Part shown: piece by piece, positions 12,101 through 23,855 of the stretch
How the letters are laid out: each line of letters starts with the position of its first letter
Position numbering within the stretch: the first letter of the stretch is position 1
Assembly: GCA_038087875.1 (NCBI GenBank)
Contig: CM075989.1
Coordinates: 25,360,001-25,424,000 of the forward strand
Source of the DNA: Malacoraja senta
Lineage: Eukaryota
Direction of reading: 5' to 3'
Length of the DNA stretch: 64,000 nt
Notes under the pieces: generated by a model
Databases searched by the model: none
Told to the model about the DNA's origin: nothing
Seen by the model: only the letters and a program-made list of their open reading frames with translations
Made by a program: the position numbers and the translations under genes

Positions 12101-12746
12101 AATCTTGTTCACAACCCCCTGCTAAAGTAGTCTCCTTCTCCTTCTGTAATCCCCTCCATAGCACCAGCAAACTCCCGTTAGAATATTGGTTCTATTCTTA
12201 TGGAGGTGCAATCCATCTGATTTATTAAAAGTCCTCTTCACACTGAAACTGCTCCTTGACACCATCTACATCTGTTTTATCTTCCTTTTTCTTTACTTAC
12301 TAACATTTAGCGCAATTCTGCCTGCAAGACCTCATTCTTCTTGCTACCTATGTTGTTGGTGGTAAAGTAGAATACAAGACTGAGGGATTGCACCAGGAAA
12401 GGGTCAGCTTTTGGGGGTAAGATGTTGCTTGTTGTGTCAGGTAGTTACACAACTCCACAGATTCTGGGACACAATAAGAGCAGGGAAGCAAACCTCCAGA
12501 AACCAGCCACACGATCATGACCATTTCAAGGATTGCTTTATGGACCTTCTACAAACAATTCAAAACTCATTGGGGAGGCATTTGCATGCGTACATGTTGG
12601 AGCACAGGAGTAACAGTAAAGCATCCGAGGTGGTAGAAACTAAATTTGTATTAATCCTAGCCACATCAGAACATTTAAAATTTGACATATCCCAAATCAT
12701 TCAATAAAACTTAACGCATTTAATACTGTGGTTGACAGAATGCCAT

Positions 12747-12752
12747 TTTATT
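12747..12752 (-). terminator. Candidate polyadenylation signal of PLEKHO2 (AATAAA)
   Basis: AATAAA on the minus strand at the end of ~1.5 kb of AT-rich sequence after the stop codon. Other AATAAA copies lie nearby (e.g. ~12903), so this site is not unique. Confidence 0.35.
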
Positions 12753-12960
12753 TTAAAATGTTTCTACATTATTTCATGGTATATTTCCTTCATTACGGAA
12801 AAATATAAACATGGTTAAAATATAAATAAAGCAATAAGCCAGTGTTAATTGGTAGGATATATAAAACATTCCACTTGGTATATACTAAGACAGTCATTTT
12901 GTTTTATTTTTGCATAATTATTAATACTGGCAGTAAAAATAATTGGAGGTCACAGAAATA

Positions 12961-13486
12961 CAGGTAGTTCTGCTATAATGCTTGTTTCCATAGCGCAAAT
13001 TGGTTATAATGCAATTTCAATCTGGAACTGTAGAGAGCCACTGTTAAATTACTTTGGAAATGGATAAGCAGGGGAAAAAAGCTGTCTTGGGGAAAACAAG
13101 TCCTGGAGTAAATACTTTGTTCCATGTAACCTCCATGCAATAATAAGACACTATTGTCTCTTCAGAATGCAGTTGCTGGTTTCAATGTGGGAGGCCACTG
13201 GAAATTGACACGAATCATTTGTATTGACACTTGTACAATGATACTCCATTAAATAAAATAATACGCAACCTTCAGTATTTGTAGTTTGCAGTAACAAAAC
13301 TTGTAGCTATTGTAAATACCTTTAGTTTTGAAAATCCTACAGGAAGAATAACTATTATTGCAAATCTGAAACTTTCTAGCCCCTAACCCCCTCTTATCCC
13401 AATGACACAGTTGTTTTTAAAACACAATCTTCGAAAACGTGGAGTTTCTTACAAATGCAACTATCGTGTTTTTGCAGAAATAATTG
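12961..13486. mobile_element. Old pogo/Tigger-like MITE remnant in the putative PLEKHO2 3' UTR
   Basis: TA|CAGGTAGTTCTGCTATAA at the left end. Diverged inverted copy TTTTTGCAGAAATAATTG|TA at the right end. TA on both sides. Confidence 0.4.
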
Positions 13487-14230
13487 TACAAATATTGTTT
13501 GAACAATGCAGTTAAACTAAATACAGTAATACTTGCGGTAACTGAAATACTGACTGGAAAATTACAAATCAGCAACTTAACATTCATATTTTAATGATTA
13601 CAGAATTTGAACATAATTGCCTTCTGACCCTGGGCAGGAATGGACTCAGTAGCCTGTCTCCTTCACAAACAGGACTCACAAACTACATTCTTGCCATCAC
13701 ATTGACAACAACACTGTCAGAAATAAATCTATTGTAACAACCTTCATCATACCATTGGATAATTTAAGAAAGGACATACAGCATGCAGAGGGAACTCTAT
13801 AACCCCTGCATTTGCTGCAAATCATAGTTGAGCAACACAGCAGGAAAGCTAGACAGTTGAAACAACAAGGACAAAGGAAAACGAGAGCAAAACAAATCTG
13901 AGGAAGCTCTTATTAGCTAAAAGTAAAAAACTGAGCATGTGCAAAATGTTTGACTCTTTGTAGCAGTCAAGCTGGTGATTAGCATAACCATACTGGTGTG
14001 ATCATTGCATGATCCCAGATTCTCAGCTCAATACCATACAAATAATTATTTTACAAAAAATCTATTACTTCATCAAAGATGTTCTGGCCTACTGCATAGG
14101 TCTCCCACTTCTTGTCCACTTACTGCAGACAAATTTAAGATAATGTAAGAAACCTGGTTTAAGATTTGGATATAACAATTAGTCTACCCAGCAAGTTTGT
14201 ACTGGCATTCCTGTACATTACAGAGTCAAA

Positions 14231-15154
14231 CTATGGCATACTTCTTCTGTGGATAGTCAACAGATTTTTGCGTCTCACTTTCTCCTCCAATGTGAGTGCC
14301 TCAGATTTCTTGCATAATTCCTTTAAATCTTTAAGTTCCTGCAAGACTTTGTCAGCCTCTGACCATTTGGCCATAGCTTCGTTTAGTAAGTGTGCGGCAT
14401 GCTTGGTTGACTGGCCATTCTGTGTGGCATCACTCTGCTCACCAGGTGTGTCATTACCTGGATCCAAGACCTGAGTCACTTGATGGAGAAGTTTCTGTGT
14501 TACTTTTAGCTCCAATGCTATTTCACCTTCCATTTTTTCCATATTCTCATTCTTTAGGTTAGCAAAATAGGCATTTAATCCTTTCTTCATTACTTTCGGT
14601 TTGGATTCGCCCAAGAGATTTCCCATGGAAGAATATTTAACTCTGGATAGATTTGCTCTAGAAAGTGAACTAATACTGTTTGTTTCAGAAGATAGCTTCT
14701 TCACTTCATCACTCCTGGATGCATTTGCTTGGCAATCAGATTCATTTGCATTTTCCCAGTCTATGGGGTCTGCTCCAGCCTTTTCCTTGCCCTCATTGGT
14801 CGCCGGTTCCGCCTCTTTCTTGGTCATCGGCCCCGCCCCTTCATTGTTTGCTGGTCCCTCCCCTTCTTTGGACACTGACTCCTCCCCTTCCTTGGTCACA
14901 GGCCCCTCCCCTTCCATGGTCACAGGCTCCTCCCCTTCCTTGGTCACAGGCTCCTTGCCCTGGCTGTCCATCATCTCTGGCCCAATGTTGACTTTTGCAT
15001 TACTGGGTTTCACCTTAGGCATGAGGATAGGTCTATTTGTGTTGGCATGGTCACGAACATTTCCCTTTGAATTCTCTTCACTTTTGTCTTCAGTTATAAG
15101 ATTCTGAGCACCAAGTTCCAATCTCTGCATTCCATCAGACACAGCAGTGGCAAC
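14231..15154 (-). CDS. PLEKHO2: PLEKHO2 last coding exon (VATAVSDGMQRLELG...RRKNLLTIHRRSMP*)
   Basis: Acceptor ggtAG at 15155-15156, 924 nt open to TAG. SSMGNLLGE and the C-terminal LL.EA...W.EA.KVLQE.KDL.EL...R.K.L.T..RRS.P fit PLEKHO2 better than PLEKHO1. Confidence 0.9.
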   Translation of the reverse strand, partial: VATAVSDGMQRLELGAQNLITEDKSEENSKGNVRDHANTNRPILMPKVKPSNAKVNIGPEMMDSQGKEPVTKEGEEPVTMEGEGPVTKEGEESVSKEGEGPANNEGAGPMTKKEAEPATNEGKEKAGADPIDWENANESDCQANASRSDEVKKLSSETNSISSLSRANLSRVKYSSMGNLLGESKPKVMKKGLNAYFANLKNENMEKMEGEIALELKVTQKLLHQVTQVLDPGNDTPGEQSDATQNGQSTKHAAHLLNEAMAKWSEADKVLQELKDLKELCKKSEALTLEEKVRRKNLLTIHRRSMP

Positions 15155-16459
15155 CTACCATTTAAAAAGAAATGATTAAAGCCCATAATTACTCTTTAAC
15201 ATGCTGAGATGCAACACAATTTAGCCAACAGAAAAGTGAAGAACAATATATTTGGCCGGGCAGCATCTTTGGAGGTGACTAAGCAGCTAATGAATCAGGT
15301 GTGGATTGATACATGGATTCCTATGAGGCTGCAGATGCACGAATCGTGAGCAAAACTCAAAGTGCTGGAGGAACTTAGCAGGTCAGGCAGTATCTGTGGG
15401 GGGGAAAGAGATTAATGACATTTCAGGCTGGGGCCCTCCTTCATACGAATAAATCATAAGATTAATCTGAAGGTTATCGACCCGAAATGTCATCTGTCCT
15501 CTGCTGCCTGATCTGTTAAGTAATTAACAGCAGCAATCTCTAAAACCGTTTAGGTGAGGAACTGACACACTGGCAAGTGAACAGTCAAATTTCACAGAGA
15601 GGGATGGGACTTCAATTTCAGAATCATGGCTCAATATAAAACAGCAATTAACTGAGTATGGCCAATTTCAGGTCAATACACATTAAAATGGAGCAAACAC
15701 TGCTTTAGGGGAAAATCCATGCAGAAATCAGTTGTACTAAAGAAAAATGTTGAATGATATGAATCATAAATTACATTCTATGTTCGAATGAGCTCAGCAG
15801 ATGATGTTTCCCCTTACTGTAATATCTACAACCAGGGATCAGCAATTCAGGCCAGAGGAGAAATCTTTCCACCCAGAGTCCAGTGAACCGTTGGAATACT
15901 CCACCCTAGGGTTCAGTGGTGTCAGGAAACAGACTTAATTGTTTTTAGACATCAAGAGAATCTAGAGATAGGGTTGCAGTAAAGTGGTAAAGGGGTAAAA
16001 GTTGGCCATGATCTTTATGAATGGGCTATTTCAGTTTCTGTAACATTATTGCTGGTTGCTCATTAATCCTAATGTTTAATAACCCTTTCTTGAGCAATTG
16101 TAATCTGAAGTGTTTACTCTTCACTCAGCGTGAATGACGTCTAATCTGTTGCCTTTCAGTAGTTTCCGTTTTCTGTTCATTTCAGATTTCCCAAATCTAG
16201 CATTTTGCTTCAGCTTTATTTCATTTTCAGAGTTCATCTAATTTTTTGTTCCATTAACCAAATTTTGCTGAGAGATGGGATTCAATCAAATTCCCAACCC
16301 CTGAATACTAACTCCAGGTACACAGGAACCTCAGAGGTCAAACTATAGAGAGATAATTTGGCCTTTCAATCCCTTTTTCATAAAGTGGATAAATGGCACG
16401 GCAGACGTAATGTACAAGACAGAAAGTTTAGTGGAGCTTAAGAACTACAAATGGTGGGT

Positions 16460-16985
16460 CAGTTACAGGTCATAGTGATACAGCGTGGAAACAGGCCCTT
16501 CAGCCCAACTTGCGCACACCCTGGACAACATGTCCCATCTACACTAATCCCACCTGCCTGCGTTTGGTCCATATCCCTGTCTTATCCATGTACCTGTCTT
16601 AACTGTTTCTTAAACATTTGGCCAGTCCCAGCCTCAACTACCTCTTCTGGCAGCTTGTTCCATACATACACCCACAAAACCTTTTTGTGTGAAAAAGTTA
16701 CCCCTCAGATTCCTATTGAATCTTTTCCCCTTCACTTAAACCTATGGCCTCTGGTCCTTGCTTCACCTACTCTGCACAAGAGACTCAGTGTGATAGGTAA
16801 TCAAAATTACAATAAATCTGGAAACAAGGCACTGCAGATGCTGGTTTACCAAAAAAAGACACAAAGTAAGGCAGCATCTCTGGAGAACGGTCTGAAGAAG
16901 GGTCACGATTCGAAACTTCACCTATCCATGTTCTCCAAAGAAACTGCCTGACCCGCTGAGTTATTCCAGCACTTGGTTTCTTTTG
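16460..16985. mobile_element. CR1/HE1-type 3' end (minus) followed by a Penelope-derived element
   Basis: GGAAACAGGCCCTTCAGCCCAAC... tail motif, then GGTCTGAAGAAGGGTC...CGAAAC and palindrome arms. Confidence 0.6.
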
Positions 16986-17601
16986 CTGTCAACAAAGCCA
17001 ATTCAAAACAAAAAAGGTTCTTACAATATCCACCTCACCCTTGTGGAAGACAAAATGTTGACTTTGCCCCAGTAACAGGAACAGGCCAATTCACTGGATG
17101 TTTTCAAGAGAGTTAGATTTAGCTCTTAGGGCTAAGGGAATCAAAAGATATGGGGAAAAAGCAGGAATGGGGTACTGATTTTCGATGATCAGCCATGATT
17201 GGCCTATTCCTGCACCTATTTTCTAAGTTTCTAACATAGATCAAAATTCAGGGATTAAGTGCATGATTTCTGACCAATTAAATATTTTTTTTAACGAGTG
17301 AATGTTTTTTGTACCAATGACTGTTCCAGGTGGGTGGATCCCAAGGCAGGAAATGAAGCTGGAAGCTTAGAGTGTTTTGATAAGCCTGACTGTGTCACAT
17401 CGGATGCTGTAATATTTGGTTCCTACTAACTGCAGTGGTTGATTAATCTTGATCATAACCTTGATGCGTAACATTCTTGAATGTAACTCTTAATTGTATA
17501 AAAACGTGGTTGTCATGTGGATCTTATGAACATTTTATGTGCTTTGGCAATGAATGTATGTGCTCCACACAAGGAATTCCTAATTTTACAGCTGAACTTA
17601 C

Positions 17602-17700
17602 TTCTCTCCGATGTTGTCTGGTTGGTGGTCTTCTGCTGTGGTTTATTTTCACTCTGTTACGTGTCAAGTGATCCAGAGAATTTTTTTCATCCACTGTAAC
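17602..17700 (-). CDS. PLEKHO2: PLEKHO2 coding exon 5 (VTVDEKNSLDHLTRNRVKINHSRRPPTRQHRRE)
   Basis: Acceptor tgtgtttAG, donor GTAAGT, 99 nt. L.H.TR.R.K...RRPPTR is the capping-protein-interaction (CPI) motif of the CKIP-1/PLEKHO family. Confidence 0.92.
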
Positions 17701-18431
17701 CTAAACACAAATATTCAGTAAATGATGGTAAAATATTCAGGAGCTTGGCAGAACACTGCTGACACTGCAGGTATGATATCTGATCACATTTATGATCCAA
17801 GAATGAAGGCACGGACAGTACAGACAGATTTCACTCTACTTCTGTTTTGTGCATCAGCATAATTTGGGGTTCAGGTTCTTTGCAACATACAGCAACTTTT
17901 ACCACAATAAATCGGTCAAGTAAAAGCTTTATCATTGGCAAAGAGCAGCAAACCTCCTCCGACTGTGATCATTATAGGACGATAAATTCCATCCCTTACC
18001 ACAGCATCTAATTTTCTTTGTTTTACACATTTCATAATTTAACTTTGCCGTTAATAATGTGAAGTGAATTGAACTATTAATTGTTTTGATGAAATATCAG
18101 ACAAAGACTTGCACAAAAATGATCAGAATCATGCCTGTGGGCAAAAAAATGGTCAGTTGTAACATAATTAGGAAATGGGATTAAGGAGTGGAAATTGTAG
18201 GAAGAGGTTCCCTTGGGATAAACACTGGGACATATATTAATGGGGATAGAGTTAAAAAAATCTGCAGATGTCTTCAAACTGAAGAGGATGGTGATAGTGC
18301 ATTAACCTAACCCTAACCCTAACATGATGTGTAGAGAAGTGGCAGCTGAAGTTTAACACTGAGAAGTGTGATATTATATGGCCAAAAATATTTGAAAGTA
18401 ACAGACCACATTGAGAATGAAGATGGCAAAG

Positions 18432-18537
18432 TAGACTGCCGGCGTCATATCAGTGTCACCAAAAGATTTTGAACCTGATACGTCAGTCAATGATGCCGGC
18501 AGTCGCCGAAAAAAATCGGCAAGTGGGACAGGCCCAT
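18432..18537 (-). mobile_element. PIF/Harbinger-like MITE end fragment
   Basis: Minus strand TTA|TGGGCCTGTCCCACTTGCCGA terminus, plus internal inverted repeat GACTGCCGGC...GCCGGCAGTC. Only one end is present. Confidence 0.4.
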
Positions 18538-19018
18538 AAAACTCCAATAATCCTAAAATGTTAACTCTGTTTCTCTGTGCACTGATGTCACTTGGCCTGC
18601 TGAGTATTTGAAACAATTTCTGTTTTTATTTCAGATTTTCAGCAACCTAAGATGTTTCCATGGTTAAATCATGATGGTTATTTTGAATATTTAATAACAT
18701 AATTTAGCAACAAATGGAAGTTACTGGAGTATAGCATTCAATTCTAGTCATTTATCTTGAGGAATGATGTGTAGGAATAGGACAAGGTTTAGAAAAGATT
18801 TACTGGAATGGATCCATGAATGAAATATTTTAACCATGAGGTTACAGTGTTATGGTGTTACTGTGGAATTTTCGATTAGATGAAGGTATAGGAGATCATA
18901 ATGTGCTTATGCAAGGTCAATGGAGAGAAACTATTCCCATTACAGTGAGATCCAGGCAAGACAGACTTTAAAATGATATGAAAAGACACAAGGATATGAA
19001 AGGAAAAATACAAACTTA

Positions 19019-19395
19019 CAGAATGGTGAAGCACTGGAGTGCACTGTCTATCAGGGTGATGGAACAGAATGGTGAAACACTGGAGTGCACTGTCGTCTAT
19101 CAGGGTGATGGAACAGAATGGTGAAGCACTGGAGTGCACTGTCTATCAGGGTGATGGAACAGAATGGTGAAGCACTGGAGTGCACTGTCTATCAGGGTGA
19201 TGGAACAGAATGGTGAAGCACTGGAGTGCACTGTCTATCAGGGTGATGGAACAGAATGGTGAAGCACTGGAGTGCACTGTCTATCAGGGTGATGGAACAG
19301 AATGGTGAAGCACTGGAGTGCACTGTCTATCAGGGTGATGGAACAGAATGGTGAAGCACTGGAGTGCACTGTCGTCTATCAGGGTGATGGAACAG
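19019..19395. repeat. 46-bp tandem repeat, 8 near-identical copies, inside a degraded CR1 3' end
   Basis: Unit CAGAATGGTGAAGCACTGGAGTGCACTGTCTATCAGGGTGATGGAA. Copies 2 and 8 carry a +GTC insertion. Confidence 0.95.
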
Positions 19396-20432
19396 TTTTA
19401 TAGGCATTTAAGTGGGATTTATTGCCGAGCCACAAGGAAACAGGGCTATTGGACTAATGGGATTTCTCCACAAAGAACTGGCAGAGACTTCATAGGATGA
19501 AAGGCCTCTGTCTCTGCTTTAACTATTCTGTGATTCTAATTCCTGTAGTGCTGTGAGTGGTTCTCCATTTTCACAACATTGCAATGCACTGCAGTGCTTA
19601 ACTATTCTATGTAAAAAGATTTCTTCTCAGATTCCCTGTCTTTTTCCATCACTTTAAGTCTATGTTCTTAACTTCACTGTACAGGAAATAGTGTTCCTCT
19701 CTTTATCTGATCTAAGCGTGAGACTGGTAAGCCCCTGGGAAGTGAAACTGGAAACCGTGGATGCTGAGCTTTCGTAAGACCATGTGATAATGTATAATCA
19801 TTTACTGTCATCACTGTGATGACATGCCTACATGCCTGATCAATGGCATCCTTTTAGATTTTAATTCTTAAATTAGTTTAATTTAGTTATTATTAGTGTC
19901 ATATGTACTGAGGTACAATGAAAATCTTTTTTGTTGCATGCTATCCGATCAAAGAAAAGACTATACATGATCACAATCAATCTGTCCATATAGTAAGGAT
20001 AAAGGGTACACCATTTTGTGTAAGATGCCACATGGATCTTCTCATGAAGATTAACATTTCTGAGAGAAGTGTACAGAATTGGCTCCAGGGAGGCACAAGA
20101 AACTGCAAATGGAATCTTGATTAAAACACAAAGTTTTGGAATAGCTCAGTGGGTCAGGGAGTATCTATAGAGGGAATGGATAGGCAACGTTTGGGTTGGA
20201 TCCTTTTACATGCTCCATAAGGGTCCTGACCGACATAAGGGTCGCATATCTATGTCCCCCAGAGATGCTGCCTGACCCACTGCTTTACTGCAGTACTTTG
20301 TGTTTCACAGAATTGGCTCAATGTGAACGGAGGGTGACTCGTCTTGTTTCTGCTGTACCCTATTACACCTGGGTCACGAGTTGATTACCAATCCAGTCTG
20401 CACAGCGGTTTACTGACACTGAAAACAATCAC

Positions 20433-20537
20433 CTGATCAAACCGTTCATTGTTGGCCTCTTTGATTGCTTCATTTAAGGCAGTCAGCCACAAATCCTTTT
20501 CTTCAGCATTTGGAACTTGAAACTTTGGTTCGGGTAC
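20433..20537 (-). CDS. PLEKHO2: PLEKHO2 coding exon 4, PH C-terminal helix (VPEPKFQVPNAEEKDLWLTALNEAIKEANNERFDQ)
   Basis: Acceptor tgtttttcAG, donor GTGATT, 105 nt. KFQ....EEK..W..ALNE.I is the PH helix with its invariant Trp. Confidence 0.92.
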
Positions 20538-21538
20538 CTGAAAAACAAGAGAAGCAGCTACACTTCATCAATTCTCTTTCATTATCCCTCCAGGATACTG
20601 AAAGTTTAGTCAGAAAAATGGTCAATTGAATTAAATCAGGAAAAGTGCAAGACAGTGCATTTTGAGAGGCGAATGGGAGTATATTGAGTGATGTGAATGA
20701 AGAAAGGGATTTTCATGTGTATATCTGCAGATCTTCAAGTCTAGCAAGTCAACTAATGTTGAAAAGGTATATGGGATACTTTATTTGTATAGAATACAAT
20801 AGATCACACTGGAACTGTGTACAACATTCAGGTCATAGTTCACAGTTTGAAAACTGTGCATAGTTCTGATCACCATTTCACAAGAAAGATAGGATTGTGA
20901 GGATGTGATCTACAAAGATGTTGCCAGAATGGAAAAACTGTAGCTATTGTTTGATTAGATAATTTACTGTTACTTTCTTTGAGATTGAAGACAGAGTATA
21001 ATCTCAAAGGTCATAGAATGATGAGGGGCCTAGATAGAATGAACACAGAGGACCTATTTCCCTCAGCAAATATCACTTTATTTGTGAAAGGATTGGAGAC
21101 GAGGGAAATATATTTTTCACCCAGGAATGTGGAACTCACCACCTAAAGGGTTGGAGAGGCAGAAACGTTCATCAGATTCAAGCACTGCTCAGATGTGCAG
21201 TCGAACAGCTCTGACCTGCAATATTTATAATTGTTGCAAGAAACAGCTCAAATATCCGATCCACACATAAACTTCTTGCTGACTGTTTCAGGCAAGCTCT
21301 GTTTTATTTTAGAGTTTAGTTCCACAATCAGGAATATTTTAGTTTTTTTTTTCTTTTGGGAACTATTTGCATCTCTAAATGGCCTAATTTTACACATGCA
21401 TTTTATGGAACTGATGTGCTACAATCTGAAAAAGATAGTCTGCTCTGAATCTTCCCCTTTCCTCTATCTATTATCCATAAGTTTGACCAATGTATTTATG
21501 TATAGTATTATCTGATCTGATTGGATAACATGCAAATT

Positions 21539-21842
21539 AGGGCAGCACAGCAGCACAACTGGTAAATCTGTTGCCTCACAACGGCAGAAAGCCGGGTTTG
21601 ATCCTGACCTCGGGTGCTGTCTGTGCGGAGTTTGCATGTTCTCCCTGTGACTGTATCCTCTGTGCTCATGTTTCCTCCCACATGCTAAAGACATGCAGGT
21701 TTATAGATTTATTAGCCCTCTGTAAATTGCCCTCAGTGTGCAGGGAGTACATGCAAAAATGGGATAACAGGGAACTAGTGTGAATAGGTGATCGATGGTC
21801 AGCTTGTAGGTGGGCTGAAGGGCTTGTTTCCATACTATATCT
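21539..21842 (+). mobile_element. tRNA-derived V-SINE (HE1-type)
   Basis: tRNA-like head with a B-box-like GGTTTGATCC, V-domain GTGCTGTCTGTGCGGAGTTTGCATGTTCTCCC, and a CR1-derived tail GGGCTGAAGGGCTTGTTTCC. Confidence 0.75.
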
Positions 21843-22069
21843 CAAAACAAAACAAAATCAAAGCATTTCACTGTACCTCAATACACGTGACAAGAATAAT
21901 CCTAAACCTTATCTGTTCCTATCCCATGGTTACTAATGCCCTTGTGTTCTGAACGTGTCCATTTTGCACCTGCCAGTGCTTCCTGTCTCTATTCCTAGGT
22001 GGGTAGTCAACACTGGAATCTCTAGTGTTTCCGAAGCTTGGCATTAAGTTATATCCCAACATGGCACAT

Positions 22070-22287
22070 AAAAGAAACTGCAGATGCTGGTTTATATCAA
22101 AGATAGACACAAAGTGCTGGAGTAACTCAGCTGGTCAAGCAGCATCTCTGGACAAAAAGGATGCGTGATGTTTTGGGTCGAGACCCTTCGTCAGACTGAA
22201 GGGTTCCAACCCAATACGTTACCTATCCTTTTTGTCTAGAGATACAGCCTGACGCGCTGAGTTACTCCAGCACTTTGTGTCTATCTT
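22070..22287. mobile_element. Penelope-derived palindromic element
   Basis: Arms AAGATAGACACAAAGTGCTGGAGTAACTCAGC / GCTGAGTTACTCCAGCACTTTGTGTCTATCTT around two degenerate hammerhead cores. Confidence 0.75.
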
Positions 22288-22583
22288 AGTTCCCAAACAT
22301 GACAAACTGGAAATCTGCTTGCTCATGAATCATAACCCTTTCCTTGCATCTGTACAAGGAAAGACAAGTTAAAATCCAGTAATTAATTCTTTCTTACTGC
22401 AACTTCCTCTATTAGTCCCAGCAAATACCCCCTCAAGTGCACAATTCCTGTTTCATTTCCCTTGAGAACAACCCACAGCTAACCATCCCTGAATCTCTTT
22501 AGTCATTTCAATTTTATGCAACTATTGTTCTTCTGCCGGCATACTCTCTCCAAGGACTGTCCCCTGATCTGCCTCTCAGTGCT

Positions 22584-23665
22584 TGAGTAACTCAGCGGGT
22601 CAGGCAACATCTCTGGAGAAAAAGGATGGATGATGTTTCGGATCGGGACCCTTCTTCAGACTGAAAGATGGAGGGGGGGGGGGGGTTAAGAGCTGGAGGC
22701 AAGGAAACACCAGGACCAATCAGGGCCATCCACAAATGTGCTCAGGCAGGGAGTGCCTGGTGGCCCCATTGTTGCCAAGGGAAGGTGTGATCTCAAAAGA
22801 AACCATGTGTGGAACTGGTAAAATGGCAAGGGTGGGCGAAGGGGAGGGGTAGGCGAAAGAGGAGGGAGGGGAGGAGAGTGTAAGTAGAAGTTACTTAAAA
22901 TTAGAGACTTCAATGTTCATACACTGGGTTGTAAGCTACCTAAGCAAAATATGACGTGCTGTTCCTCCAATTTGCAGGTGGTCTCACTCTGACAATGGAA
23001 GACACCCAGGACAGAAAGGTCAATGTGGGAATGGGAAGGGGAGTTGAAATAGTTAGCAACTGGAAGATCCCATAGGCCTAGGTGGACCGAGCGTAAGTGT
23101 TCAGCGAAACGGTCAGTGAGCCTATGTTTGGTCTCGCCAATGTACTGGAGCACACATCGGGAATACCGAATGCATGTGAATCTCTGTCTAGCCTGAAAGG
23201 ACTGTCAGGGTCCTTGGACGGAGTTGAGGAAGGAAGTATAAGGACAGGTTTTGCATCTCCTACAGTTGCAGAAGAAAGTACCTGGGGAAGCAATGCTTTG
23301 GGTGGGAAGAGATAATAGACAATTGACAATAGGTGCAGGAGTAGGCCATTCGGCCCTTCGAGCCAGCACCACCATTCAATGTGATCATGGCTGATCATCC
23401 CCAATCAGTACCCCGTTCCTGCCTTCTCCCCATATCCCGACGCTGCTATTTTTAAGAGCCCTATCTAGCTCTCTCTTGAAAGAATCCAGAGAACCCGCCT
23501 CCACCGCCCTCTGAGGCAGAGAATTCCACAGACTCACCAATCTCTGAGAAAAAGTGTTTCCTCGTCTCCGTTCTAAATGGCTTACTCCTTATTCTTAAAT
23601 GAGTGAGGGTTAGAGATGACTGAACCAAGGAGTTGCAGAGGGAACGATCCCTGTGGAAGGCAGAA
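22584..23665 (-). mobile_element. Penelope-like element 3' fragment (GIY-YIG), interrupted by a CR1 3' end at ~23313-23599
   Basis: ORF 22917-23153 YIGETKHRL.DRFAEHL.SV...FNSPSHS...KLEEQH.IF.LGSLQP. Terminal repeat with a hammerhead core at 22629-22663. Confidence 0.8.
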
Positions 23666-23855
23666 ACCTGCGGAATACTGGGTAGTACCTTATCTTCAAA
23701 CCACTCCCAAACTATCTGGAATTATCTAGTCTTCACAGCACAGATAGATTGCTGATTCTGTTGAACACTGGGAGTGTGTGTTGATTCAGACTGGCTGTAA
23801 AAGAATGATCCCACTACAAACAGTTATTAGAGTTAACAGTTATTAACCAACCAAT

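Noticed and set aside
12411..12707. 98-aa plus-strand ORF near the PLEKHO2 3' end
   Set aside because: No recognisable domain, no ATG start and no supporting exon partners.
14601..15107. 168-aa plus-strand ORF
   Set aside because: It is the antisense shadow of PLEKHO2 exon 6 and its tandem repeat.
18302..18323. (CCCTAA)n interstitial telomere
   Set aside because: Only 2-3 units, too short to distinguish from a simple repeat.
19019..19395. Regular repeat array with a palindromic core, resembling CRISPR
   Set aside because: The units are contiguous with no unique spacers, there are no cas genes, and the context is vertebrate.
21539..21615. tRNA gene (also 61031-61100)
   Set aside because: The A/B-box-like head continues into a SINE V-domain and no intact cloverleaf is visible.
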